IMG/VR virus record: IMGVR_UViG_3300029288_000174
Coordinates: 1,263 to 65,262 of that record
Length of the DNA: 64,000 bases
Reading direction: 5' to 3' (one strand)
From: a virus
Taxonomy: Duplodnaviria > Caudoviricetes
Position numbers and translations under genes: made by a program. Under the pieces are notes generated by a model. The model was not told the origin of the DNA. It searched no databases and saw only the letters and a program-made list of their open reading frames with translations. This document shows positions 8,774 to 17,639 of this stretch, piece by piece (positions within the stretch are counted from its first letter, which is position 1; every line of letters starts with the position of its first letter).

Positions 8774-9447
8774 GTCAGCAACTCCCGCGCGTCAAACTGT
8801 TCGCCGCGAAATGATAACGCTAGCGGCTGTAGCCGATTACCTACCGAGCTTTCGGTGCCGGTGTGTTGCACCAGGCTCGGATTGTGGACGTATTCCTTCC
8901 AGCCAACCAGCTTAAACGCCGTAACGATGCCGCCATCAACCCACTTGTACCCACGGTTTACATCCTTGGGGCGATTAACCATGTAGGGACTGCTGAGAAG
9001 AGTCACTACGGCCTCATTGGTAAACACCAAGGCGACGGCGCCCTTGCCGAGTTGGTCCGACAAGTACCAGCCGTTGCGGCCGTTTGCCATCGCTTGGTTT
9101 TTCGGGAACGTGTAGAGATTTAGATACCCACGTTGCGGTTGCTGGCATTGTTCCAGGTATTCGCGCAGGTGCCGATACGTAACGAAATCATCCTGAAAAA
9201 TCGCGTAGCGGTCGGCCAGCGGGTCGCGAACGTACAGTTCCCACAGCGATGCCACCCAATTGCCGTAGCATCGCAAGGGCGGATCGTGAAATGTAGACTC
9301 CAGGCCGAACCGCTCGAACCCCTGCCCGCTGCCGTCGATGAATAGACGCGGCTGCTCGAATCCTGCCAGTGCCAACGAGGCAAGCGTGCGGGGCAGCAAA
9401 TCGTCCCGCCGCTTGGGCACGGTAGTAACTCCATAACTCCATCTCAT
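8770..9447 (-). CDS. Glycosyltransferase, GT-A fold (GT25-like)
   Basis: YAIFQDDF (acidic motif) and YVHNPSLVQHTG; ATGA overlap at 9444-9447. Confidence 0.7.
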   Translation of the reverse strand: MRWSYGVTTVPKRRDDLLPRTLASLALAGFEQPRLFIDGSGQGFERFGLESTFHDPPLRCYGNWVASLWELYVRDPLADRYAIFQDDFVTYRHLREYLEQCQQPQRGYLNLYTFPKNQAMANGRNGWYLSDQLGKGAVALVFTNEAVVTLLSSPYMVNRPKDVNRGYKWVDGGIVTAFKLVGWKEYVHNPSLVQHTGTESSVGNRLQPLALSFRGEQFDARELLT

Positions 9448-9719
9448 CGCATCACCCTTAATTTGTACTTGGCGTTTCGTATAGCCATCAACACCACAAA
9501 CTTGGCGGCACATTCCACAAATACCATGCCGCGTTTTTCGGCTTCCTCTTTCATCCACCCGATGATGGTGTCGATGTTTTGCAGGCACCACTCGGGGCCT
9601 TGCACGTCCATGAGCAAAGCCCGCTGGTCACAGTTGCAGCCCGCCGTGGAAGTGATTCCATAGCGGCGCAGCATCCGCTTCAGTTCCGTTCCAGCCCCGA
9701 TTGTCGCCTGCTGTTTCAC
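9444..9719 (-). CDS. Small CxC-motif hypothetical protein
   Basis: GAGTELKRML...GCNCDQRA.LMD..GPEWC..NIDTIIGWM.EEA; coupled to the GT locus. Confidence 0.7.
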   Translation of the reverse strand: MKQQATIGAGTELKRMLRRYGITSTAGCNCDQRALLMDVQGPEWCLQNIDTIIGWMKEEAEKRGMVFVECAAKFVVLMAIRNAKYKLRVMR

Positions 9720-9720
9720 G

Positions 9721-10212
9721 TTATGGCGTCCCTGAGCCGGTCAGTTCTTCGGGGATTCCGTAGAACTCAAGGTTGAGCGCAAATGGAATGCGGGTGTTCG
9801 ATCCCGAGTCTGGATTGAACGGCACTCCCCAATCCTCGACTCGATAGAATATCGAGGTGATGTCCGTTGTGATCGGGCACGGTTCGTTTCCGCCGTGATG
9901 CCAGAACACCGGCCGACTAGGAGTGACAATCAGCTCGCCGAAGTTCCAATCGTTGAAGCTGACGATAACTTGCGGCTTGGTTCCCGGCAGCAACGGCAGA
10001 TAATAGTCGGTTTCCATGTTGATAAACATGGCGTGCAGATTATCCAGGAAAATTGAATAATCAAATCGCGACTGCCACCAGCCACCAGCAGCCATTTCGG
10101 GAGGAACCACGTGAATTTTCAGGCGGCCAAGGATGCTCGCATCGTAGGTGAATGTGTTCACCTTTGCGGCCTCGGCTCCGCTTTTCCATGATTGAGTTAT
10201 TTGTAACGCCAT
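9721..10212 (-). CDS. Hypothetical, possibly virion-associated protein
   Basis: Beta-rich 163-aa ORF within the late operon. Confidence 0.55.
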   Translation of the reverse strand: MALQITQSWKSGAEAAKVNTFTYDASILGRLKIHVVPPEMAAGGWWQSRFDYSIFLDNLHAMFINMETDYYLPLLPGTKPQVIVSFNDWNFGELIVTPSRPVFWHHGGNEPCPITTDITSIFYRVEDWGVPFNPDSGSNTRIPFALNLEFYGIPEELTGSGTP

Positions 10213-10253
10213 GATCTAAACTCCAATTGTGTTGTGTGGTGATTGCTTGGTAA

Positions 10254-11093
10254 TTAGTTCGGCCGCGCTATCCGCATCGGTGGCGGAATGATACCGGCCT
10301 GACGCATTTCTTCCGCCGACAACGGGCCGCCCATCATCGGTTGCCCAGGGCCCATCGGCGGCCGGGCAAACTGTTGTGTCTGCGGCGGCCCCGCAAACGT
10401 GTCGGCTTCCGGCAAGTCAATGGCCCCTTCGGCCTTGAGTACGTTGGCAACTGCCGAAATAGCCCGGCTCTGTTGTACGCTCATTACGATGCCATCGGGC
10501 ACGGCCTCGGTAAGGGCCTTGATGGCTTCCGTAGCGTTGGGGGCGATGATGGCCCGGCTCTGCGGAATCTGATTGTCTGCGGTCACGAAAACAACTTGGT
10601 AGGCATACGCAATCATGTCACTCGCTCCTTTGGGAACTTCTGCTTTTGCGCCCCACTTGCCGACGGGGCACGATTCGGTCGCCATCTTGATCTTGTTCAA
10701 GACAGTGAGTTTAGAAAGGTTTACATTGCAGCCGCATTTCGAGCATTTGCCGTCTACGAAATATTGGCAGGGCCTCGGCTTCGGGCGGCAGAACGTGTTG
10801 TAGATTTGCTCGACTTCCTCTTGGCTTCGCTTCGGCCGACCGGCCTTGTACCATCGCAGCAGGGCCTTGATGTAGGTCTTTGCCGTCTCGAAGGACACGC
10901 CCAGGTCGGCCGCCGCTTCCTTCGTCTGTTCCTCTGCTTCCGCCGTCATGGGAATCTCTTGCGGCGGCAGATAGCCGGGCCGCTTCATGGGTGGCATGGC
11001 CATCGGCCCCAAGTAGCCGTCGTTCATCGTCAGCGGTCTGCGAATCGAGCCGAGCATCTTGTTGATCGGGTGTGTTGGGTCTTGTGGTCGCAT
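10254..11093 (-). CDS. Hypothetical protein with Cys-rich module (DUF6171-like) and Pro/Met-rich termini
   Basis: IYNTFC..CQYFVDGKCSKCGC....NKIKMATESCPVGKW. Confidence 0.6.
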   Translation of the reverse strand: MRPQDPTHPINKMLGSIRRPLTMNDGYLGPMAMPPMKRPGYLPPQEIPMTAEAEEQTKEAAADLGVSFETAKTYIKALLRWYKAGRPKRSQEEVEQIYNTFCRPKPRPCQYFVDGKCSKCGCNVNLSKLTVLNKIKMATESCPVGKWGAKAEVPKGASDMIAYAYQVVFVTADNQIPQSRAIIAPNATEAIKALTEAVPDGIVMSVQQSRAISAVANVLKAEGAIDLPEADTFAGPPQTQQFARPPMGPGQPMMGGPLSAEEMRQAGIIPPPMRIARPN

Positions 11094-11094
11094 A

Positions 11095-14000
11095 TCATGC
11101 TTCCCCAATGTGGTGCGGAGTTAGTGAGTATTTCGAGCCGTCAACCAGTCCGCACGATTGCCAGTAATCGTCAATGATACATTCCAGTTTCTCTGGCACC
11201 ACGCCCGATGCGATGCAGAAACTGTATCGCCAATTATCGTCGCTGCCCTGCCAGCACCAATCGAACAGCAGGCGAATGATGCAAGCGTTCTGCCTGCCAA
11301 GATTCGGCGTTGCCGACACAGCAATGGGGTAATGCTCGTTGACCCAGTAGTGCGTTTGCCCCAACACGTTCGGCCGATATTCCTCATAGGTCTGCGGTAC
11401 GTTGGTGTAATTCTCTACCAGCCCGGCGGCAATCAGCCTGATGATCCATTCGCCGTTATCCTGGTCGATCTGGAACCAGTCTTTCGGCGTCATGTCGATG
11501 GTGGCGAACGTAAACCCGACGCCGGTAATGCTGGTGCTGGTGTTCCACGCAAAGGTGATTTCGCCGAACAGCACGCTCTCGCCTTGGATGTCGATGTACA
11601 GCAGGATGCTATCGGTAGACTGCGTGGCGAGTACGTTTAGGTCTGGGTGCTGGTTGATCTTGCGAACGAGGATATTGATGGTTGCCGCCAGCGTAGCTTG
11701 CACGGGCACCGTATCGTCCCCGGTGTCCTGGTCTGAGGCGACGAAGGTAAACGGGACCGGCTCGTCAAATCCATTGGCGATAGAGAACTGTTCACCCGCT
11801 TGTACCTGCGTGGTGGCCGCCTGCGAATTGGCCAAGTCCACGATTTGCATTTCCACGTCGTAAACGAGGATGCAGCTTTCATCCATCGGATCGTTGGGAA
11901 TGGCCCGCACGTTCAATACGTCGCTGTCGCATAGCTCATTGACTTGCGTCACGATGCCGCGAATCTTCTCAGTTTGATTGGCGGCAAGCTGGACGCTGGA
12001 GCCGTTGCTTACGCCCGATATAAACGTAATCGTGGCCGTGTGATCGTCGTCAACCTCAATAACAAACTCCGACCCAATCTGCGGTTCAATGACTTGCGTA
12101 GTGCTGTGTAATACGTCGTGGTACGTGAGCGTGCAACCATTGAACCAAGGCGCGATAACATACATGCGGCCCGCGTTACAGAACGTATCCCCGGCGGCCG
12201 TAACCACCGCTTGCATTACTTGGCCTTCCCACGGCAAATCAAAGTCAATCGCGTCGCACCACGCATCGGAGAAGGCAATTGGCGGCTGGTGCTTGATCGT
12301 GGTGAGGCCGATCATGTTGCCTTGCGGCTCTTGTTCCCAAGCGTGAATCTTGAATACCGGCTCTAGCAATCCCTCCTGTTTGCAAACGTCCGTCATAAAG
12401 GCCGTGTTGATGGCGTCGTGAATCGCTTCGATCTGGCGGATGTCATCGTCGATGATCGGAACGATAACGATTTCGGAAGCGGAGCCGGCCCCCAGCGTTG
12501 CGTCGCAGCCACCGTCCATTCCGTAAATCGTCAGCGGTTGCGTGGTGTCCATCGGGGCCGTCACCCACTCCTCGAATATCCGAGTGGTGAGGCTGGCGAC
12601 GATGGCAATGTTTCCTTGCGGGCCGATGTGCTGGTTGATTAGCGTGAGGCGGCTACTACGTGTCCCCGCTCTCCTAACGTCGATGTCCAAGTCCCTGTCT
12701 GGTTCGGTGCCGTTGGCCATCCCGGTAGCGACGATGAACTGCGACGAATAGCCCAACGGTACATTGTTGTCACCCAGCAGCAGATTCGTCAGGTCGCACG
12801 TGGTTTCAGGACCGCCGCCGACGGCCGCCGACATGTAGAAGTTGGGAGTGCCGTTGACCGCCGCAACCAAGTTTGCCGCAGCGGCGTCCACGTCGGCGCC
12901 CATATCCACTTCAATGTAGCCTTCGGGAACACCGCCGCCCGTCGAGAACTGGTAGTTTTTGGTGGTGAAGCCATCGTTGATAAACACCCGGTCGCCTTCG
13001 CTGACTTGATGCGTGAACCAAAACGATCCCGTCGAGTGTGTGCCGGACGTGGGATCGACGCCGCCGCTCATGCCAGTAGCGTAAATGGTGGCTGGGGTGC
13101 CCGATCCCACGCAATCCACGGTGATGTCATGGTTCCCGATGACGCCCGCGATGTTGTGCATCAGGCAGCACGTGCCGTCATTGTTGCCGAGCGAAGCCGT
13201 TACGCTGAGCGGGTTTGCGTTCGTGTTGACAGCTAAGATTAGCCGCTTGATCGTATCCTGTAGGTCGAAGCCGACCGCCACGCCCACGCGACTGACGGGC
13301 GTACCCGGCAATGACGATGATGGATCAAGCCCGCCGCTCATGCCGGTAATTGTAAAGCTGCCGCCAACGTGTTCGATGTCCACGTTTCCGGCTGCCAGCT
13401 TGCGGTCGTTCGTCAAGTGGACCGTGGCGTCGGCAAGGTACGTGTCTGGATCGGTGCCCGTACCGGACGCGATGGTGTCCGTCGAAGTAATATCTAGCAG
13501 GCGGCTTGTGTCGTTGATCGCAAAGGCCAGATTCGCCGCTGTTTCCTCTTTGTTTTCGCTACTGATCTCGACGGCCACATTTCCCGGCTGAGCGATGCCG
13601 TCGATAACCACAAACTCGAATGTGATCCAGGGATGCTTGGGGTTGCCATCCCACATTCGCAAGATCGTGCCGACGGTAGGCTGGCCGGTGAATTGGATTG
13701 TCCCCGTCGCGGCCGTGCCATCGTCGGTGAACTCGAATATCGAATCAAAGTGCGTTGGGATACCATCGTCGATGGTGATCGTGTCGCCCGGCTCGGGCTG
13801 TGCAGTGAATGTCAGTTTGCCTACCGCGTGCCGCCCGCTGGCTGAGTTGATTGCCGTTTCAATGGCCGCCGCCGTTTCGCTGTTGCCCCAGCCCAGCGTT
13901 ACACCGATGTTGCCCGGCGTAATATCATCGCCGCCGTCTTCGCCGTCCACCATACCGTAGACGATGATATTGTCACCCGTTGTGCTGATCGCCTGATTAC

Positions 14001-16770
14001 AAAGGGCAGACTTATGCAGACTGGTCAACACACAGAAGTCATCCGGCGGCACGCTGGCCGTTGCTGAGATGCCGATTCCCGTCAGGCCGTTAAGCTGGAA
14101 TACAAAGTTGGCCATCGTTTCCACGCGGTCGATGCCAATAACGACGCCGACGTTTCCAGACAACAATGAACCGCTTGGGCCGTCCAGTCCGCCGACCATC
14201 CCGAGAACCTCGAAGGGCGGCCCGGCGTCCGGGTCAGGGTCCGTGAAACTCGGCCCACCGAACTGAATCGCGTGATTGCCTACGGTGCTGGCGTGGATGT
14301 TGACCAGCAAGAACCAATCGACTTCGCCGTTTGCCGTCCCCGTTCCCGTGCCTGTCCCCGTGCCGGTGCCGGTGCCCACCAGCGAAAAGTCATCCGCCAC
14401 GATGTCCATATCGGCTGCGCTGTTGATGGCGTTGTAGAGGCTGGTGGCCGTGTCGCGTTGGGTCGCGCCGATAGGTATTTTGATGAACCTGTCCGACGCT
14501 ACGATACCGATGTCGCCGAATGAGAATGTTTTGCGAGTATGGATGCCATCGTCCAAAACAATGAAGTCACCGGCTCGCGGCTGATCGAATACCTTGACCC
14601 AACCGTGGGCCGACGTGCCTGTTGTGAGTTCCAGCGTGAGTTGCTTGCGGCCGTCGTGGAGCGTAATCGTATCGCCGGATGCCGGGTTGTCGATAAACTG
14701 GACCGTGCCCCATGATGCCCGGCCTTGGTCAAACTCAAACGTAACGGGGCCGTGGCCGGTCACGCCGTCGGCCAGTCGGAACCAGTCGCCGTCGGCGGGC
14801 GGATACTCGACGGTGATCGAACCGCGTGCGGGAGCGCCGTTGCCGACGAATTGGAACGTAGCAACGCACCCGTTGCTGTCGTTCATTTCCCAGCTAACGC
14901 CGTCGCGGATTGGTAGAATCCACCGCTGGTAGGTCGGGTTGGAATTTCCCTCCCCGTCGATTTCGTCGTGGAAATCGAAGTAGTAGAGGGAGCGTTGGTA
15001 AGTGGGCGTGACTCGCAGTTCCCAGTAGTCGATGTCTGCCGTGCCGCATCCTGTGTCTAGGCATTCATTTTCCAGATAACCCTGCGCGTTCGTGTTCCCC
15101 ATCGACGCGCCATAGCAGTTTTGGCAGTCGGCGTAGCTCGCTCTCTTTATCAAGTTGACTTGGGCGTAGGAGTTAGTGAAGTCGGCGGAATGGCCGGTGT
15201 CGAGGCCGGTTGACCACGTGGGGTCGAACGGCAGCAGTTGATTGATTTGGTCGGATGTCGGCTTGATGGCCCCCGGCACCGACCACGATTTCTGATAGGT
15301 CAGCACGCGCCAACGCGGTTCGGCCCCTAGCGGCCCGAGAATATAGGACAGGTCTGCACCGGTAACATAGACCTGAATCAGCGTGTCAATGCACCCAGTG
15401 CCGCGTGTCGGATTGTTGACCCATGACCAACGCCAGCCGAAGTAGCTCGGGAACGGGGCAATACAGCTTGTTGGCTTGGCGTAGAACATCGCCGTATTGA
15501 GGTAGCGATAATTCACCGTGACTTGATCGTGCTGCGGATCGACTTCCATCGGTGACTGCGCCAGAGTGCAATAGCATTCCTCGGGGCTGGTGATACCGAC
15601 GAAGTTGACTTGAGCACAACAGATTCCATACGAAGGGATGTCGATGTCGGCCAGATTGTTGTCGCAAAACCGCTCCGGTGGGAAGCAGCAATCCATTCGC
15701 GGTTGCCGACGTTTCGACCACGAAATGCCGTAAGTGTAGTCGAGATAGTACCACCCATTAGGAAATGCCGGCTCGCCCGTGCATGGCTTTGTCTCACCTC
15801 GGCAGTCGTAGTTGTAGTTCCACGGCATCAACGGGCCGGGGTCGCCGTGCGGGTAGCCTTCCGCAGTGTAGTAGAAGTTCTCCCAGCAGCAGTCGAACGC
15901 ATCGTACTTGGAGCATTCGCCAGTCCAGCACGGCTGTTCGGACAGCAGATTTGGCGCGGGCGGGTCATACCAACCGGGAATTTCTGGTGCCAGCAAAACT
16001 TGCCCGTAGCCGCAACATGACCAACACCACGGATAGGGATTGTCGCCCAGCCATGCGTCCTTGACGCATTGCGGTATCCCATTTGGATAGCTGGAAATTA
16101 CGTAGACGCCGTGCTGTTGCGAAATGGAACCGCTTTGCAATGACGGCAGTGTTTCGTAGACCTCAAAATATCCAACCACCGGATCATCCGTGGCGATGGT
16201 GTAGCGATAGTTGTCGCAGCCAGTGAACCACGTCCGACGAAACTCAGTGGTATAGCCGGGTCCATAGGGGCTGCCGTCAAACGTGTACACGTCTCCATAG
16301 GGTGCTGAACTGTGAACCAGATTCCCCTGGTAGACGCCGGTGAACAAGTTGCCTTTCGAGGGCTGGCAGGGTGGGCTTGGACATTGGTAAACATCTTCGT
16401 ACCCTGACACCACTACCCAAATGCTGAGCGGTATCGAATCACCACCAAAGGCTGAGATGCAACTATCGGGGTCGCTGGGGTCTTCTTCAATCCAGCAGGT
16501 TTCAATGTACTCCTGCGATTCGGGGTCGTTGGGGTCGTAGAGAGGATTCAGTTCATACCAACACTCAAACCACTCGTTGTAGTCGGCATACCAAAACAGC
16601 GTACCGACCGCCTCGCACGTGCGGATGTTGGTCTGGTAGTAGCAGAGCGAACCCCAGAAGCTGTAAAGCGGAATTGATAGCAGCAATTCAAAGACACTCT
16701 TGAACCGCCGCCCGCTCGCGTGCGGTGGCGTGAATGCGTGTCGGAGAAGTCTGCGGAGTAGGTTCAACAT
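11095..16770 (-). CDS. Giant (1,891 aa) putative tail fibre/adhesin with Cys-rich N-terminus and nested repeat domains
   Basis: TAATG-coupled start at 16770, downstream of the tape-measure and tail-tip genes. Recurrent G.I.F..QP..GD.I.I.DG....FEF / V.IG....TA..L..AIN / L.N...G..GN..I / GM.GG modules. Confidence 0.75.
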   Translation of the reverse strand: MLNLLRRLLRHAFTPPHASGRRFKSVFELLLSIPLYSFWGSLCYYQTNIRTCEAVGTLFWYADYNEWFECWYELNPLYDPNDPESQEYIETCWIEEDPSDPDSCISAFGGDSIPLSIWVVVSGYEDVYQCPSPPCQPSKGNLFTGVYQGNLVHSSAPYGDVYTFDGSPYGPGYTTEFRRTWFTGCDNYRYTIATDDPVVGYFEVYETLPSLQSGSISQQHGVYVISSYPNGIPQCVKDAWLGDNPYPWCWSCCGYGQVLLAPEIPGWYDPPAPNLLSEQPCWTGECSKYDAFDCCWENFYYTAEGYPHGDPGPLMPWNYNYDCRGETKPCTGEPAFPNGWYYLDYTYGISWSKRRQPRMDCCFPPERFCDNNLADIDIPSYGICCAQVNFVGITSPEECYCTLAQSPMEVDPQHDQVTVNYRYLNTAMFYAKPTSCIAPFPSYFGWRWSWVNNPTRGTGCIDTLIQVYVTGADLSYILGPLGAEPRWRVLTYQKSWSVPGAIKPTSDQINQLLPFDPTWSTGLDTGHSADFTNSYAQVNLIKRASYADCQNCYGASMGNTNAQGYLENECLDTGCGTADIDYWELRVTPTYQRSLYYFDFHDEIDGEGNSNPTYQRWILPIRDGVSWEMNDSNGCVATFQFVGNGAPARGSITVEYPPADGDWFRLADGVTGHGPVTFEFDQGRASWGTVQFIDNPASGDTITLHDGRKQLTLELTTGTSAHGWVKVFDQPRAGDFIVLDDGIHTRKTFSFGDIGIVASDRFIKIPIGATQRDTATSLYNAINSAADMDIVADDFSLVGTGTGTGTGTGTGTANGEVDWFLLVNIHASTVGNHAIQFGGPSFTDPDPDAGPPFEVLGMVGGLDGPSGSLLSGNVGVVIGIDRVETMANFVFQLNGLTGIGISATASVPPDDFCVLTSLHKSALCNQAISTTGDNIIVYGMVDGEDGGDDITPGNIGVTLGWGNSETAAAIETAINSASGRHAVGKLTFTAQPEPGDTITIDDGIPTHFDSIFEFTDDGTAATGTIQFTGQPTVGTILRMWDGNPKHPWITFEFVVIDGIAQPGNVAVEISSENKEETAANLAFAINDTSRLLDITSTDTIASGTGTDPDTYLADATVHLTNDRKLAAGNVDIEHVGGSFTITGMSGGLDPSSSLPGTPVSRVGVAVGFDLQDTIKRLILAVNTNANPLSVTASLGNNDGTCCLMHNIAGVIGNHDITVDCVGSGTPATIYATGMSGGVDPTSGTHSTGSFWFTHQVSEGDRVFINDGFTTKNYQFSTGGGVPEGYIEVDMGADVDAAAANLVAAVNGTPNFYMSAAVGGGPETTCDLTNLLLGDNNVPLGYSSQFIVATGMANGTEPDRDLDIDVRRAGTRSSRLTLINQHIGPQGNIAIVASLTTRIFEEWVTAPMDTTQPLTIYGMDGGCDATLGAGSASEIVIVPIIDDDIRQIEAIHDAINTAFMTDVCKQEGLLEPVFKIHAWEQEPQGNMIGLTTIKHQPPIAFSDAWCDAIDFDLPWEGQVMQAVVTAAGDTFCNAGRMYVIAPWFNGCTLTYHDVLHSTTQVIEPQIGSEFVIEVDDDHTATITFISGVSNGSSVQLAANQTEKIRGIVTQVNELCDSDVLNVRAIPNDPMDESCILVYDVEMQIVDLANSQAATTQVQAGEQFSIANGFDEPVPFTFVASDQDTGDDTVPVQATLAATINILVRKINQHPDLNVLATQSTDSILLYIDIQGESVLFGEITFAWNTSTSITGVGFTFATIDMTPKDWFQIDQDNGEWIIRLIAAGLVENYTNVPQTYEEYRPNVLGQTHYWVNEHYPIAVSATPNLGRQNACIIRLLFDWCWQGSDDNWRYSFCIASGVVPEKLECIIDDYWQSCGLVDGSKYSLTPHHIGEA
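14335..14376 (-). repeat. (Gly-Thr)n run in the giant fibre
   Basis: About seven GT dipeptides encoded with mixed codons (GGC/GGG/GGA; ACC/ACG/ACA). Confidence 0.85.
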
Positions 16771-17639
16771 TATGACAACAAGCACGGTGCCCCAACAACG
16801 AAGAACTTTCTCGCATTCGGCCAGTAGTCAACGATGACCGGCGTAAAAGGCGGAATCGTCTGGCCTGGTGCCAACAGGTGATCGTGGGCCGTTTTGATTG
16901 TCAGCCCGGCACTATTGATAAGCAGCGCCACGGCCGCCGATTGGCCGTAAGGCATTCCGCCGCGGCGCATAATGAAGCCTGGAAAACTCAACTGCTGCGA
17001 CATGCGATGCGTTATCATCACGTACTTAGGGCCACCGACTAGCCCTTCGTAGCCGTTGGTGTCGGAGTAGCCGTCCACGGCCACGGATGAACACTGAACA
17101 ATGTCACCGGCCCACGCGGGTAGTTGCAGGCTCGGGTCGATAACAATCACCGTCGAGGTTGTATTGACTTGACCTTCTTCGGGGTCGTATAGAAATCCGG
17201 CGTCCAGCAGTTCCAGCGGATTAGCCAAGGATGAATAGGTGTCATCATCCATGTCCCGCAGCATCAGGTAATAGTTCGTGCTGACGGAACCGCCCGCGAC
17301 GGCCAGCCACTTGCCGAACTTGTCGCGGTTCACCTGGAACCAGCCGCTGGTAATGGCGGTTGCCGAGAGGTTGTAAATCGCTCGCATGATGCCGGCGGAA
17401 ATCAGCGTTGGTACGCCGGTCACTTCGACGATCTTGTAAATGTCGCACTCCGCTTGGCCCGGCGTGGTGCCGCTTAACGCCGGTAGGCCGCCGCTCGGAG
17501 CCTGAGCCACGTACACATCCGGCGTCTGGCCCGGTAGACTGAGGCTCGTTGACGCAGCTCTATTTTGTGGACGGGCACGCCACTGGGCGAGGATGCGCCG
17601 CAAGTCGCGATGGTCTTCCTCAGTCAGAAATTTGGCCAT
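16770..17639 (-). CDS. Tail-tip region protein, paralog B
   Basis: Shares PD(V/I)YVA...C/ADxYKIV...WFQ(V/I)NRDKFG(K/R)WL and RMSQQL.FPG with 17639-19000. Confidence 0.7.
   Translation of the reverse strand: MAKFLTEEDHRDLRRILAQWRARPQNRAASTSLSLPGQTPDVYVAQAPSGGLPALSGTTPGQAECDIYKIVEVTGVPTLISAGIMRAIYNLSATAITSGWFQVNRDKFGKWLAVAGGSVSTNYYLMLRDMDDDTYSSLANPLELLDAGFLYDPEEGQVNTTSTVIVIDPSLQLPAWAGDIVQCSSVAVDGYSDTNGYEGLVGGPKYVMITHRMSQQLSFPGFIMRRGGMPYGQSAAVALLINSAGLTIKTAHDHLLAPGQTIPPFTPVIVDYWPNARKFFVVGAPCLLS

Noticed and set aside
4093-9447. Classical Gtr-type serotype-conversion moron
   Set aside because: No GtrA flippase, bactoprenol GT or polytopic membrane transferase; the genes are coupled to the late operon rather than separately promoted (not fully excluded)
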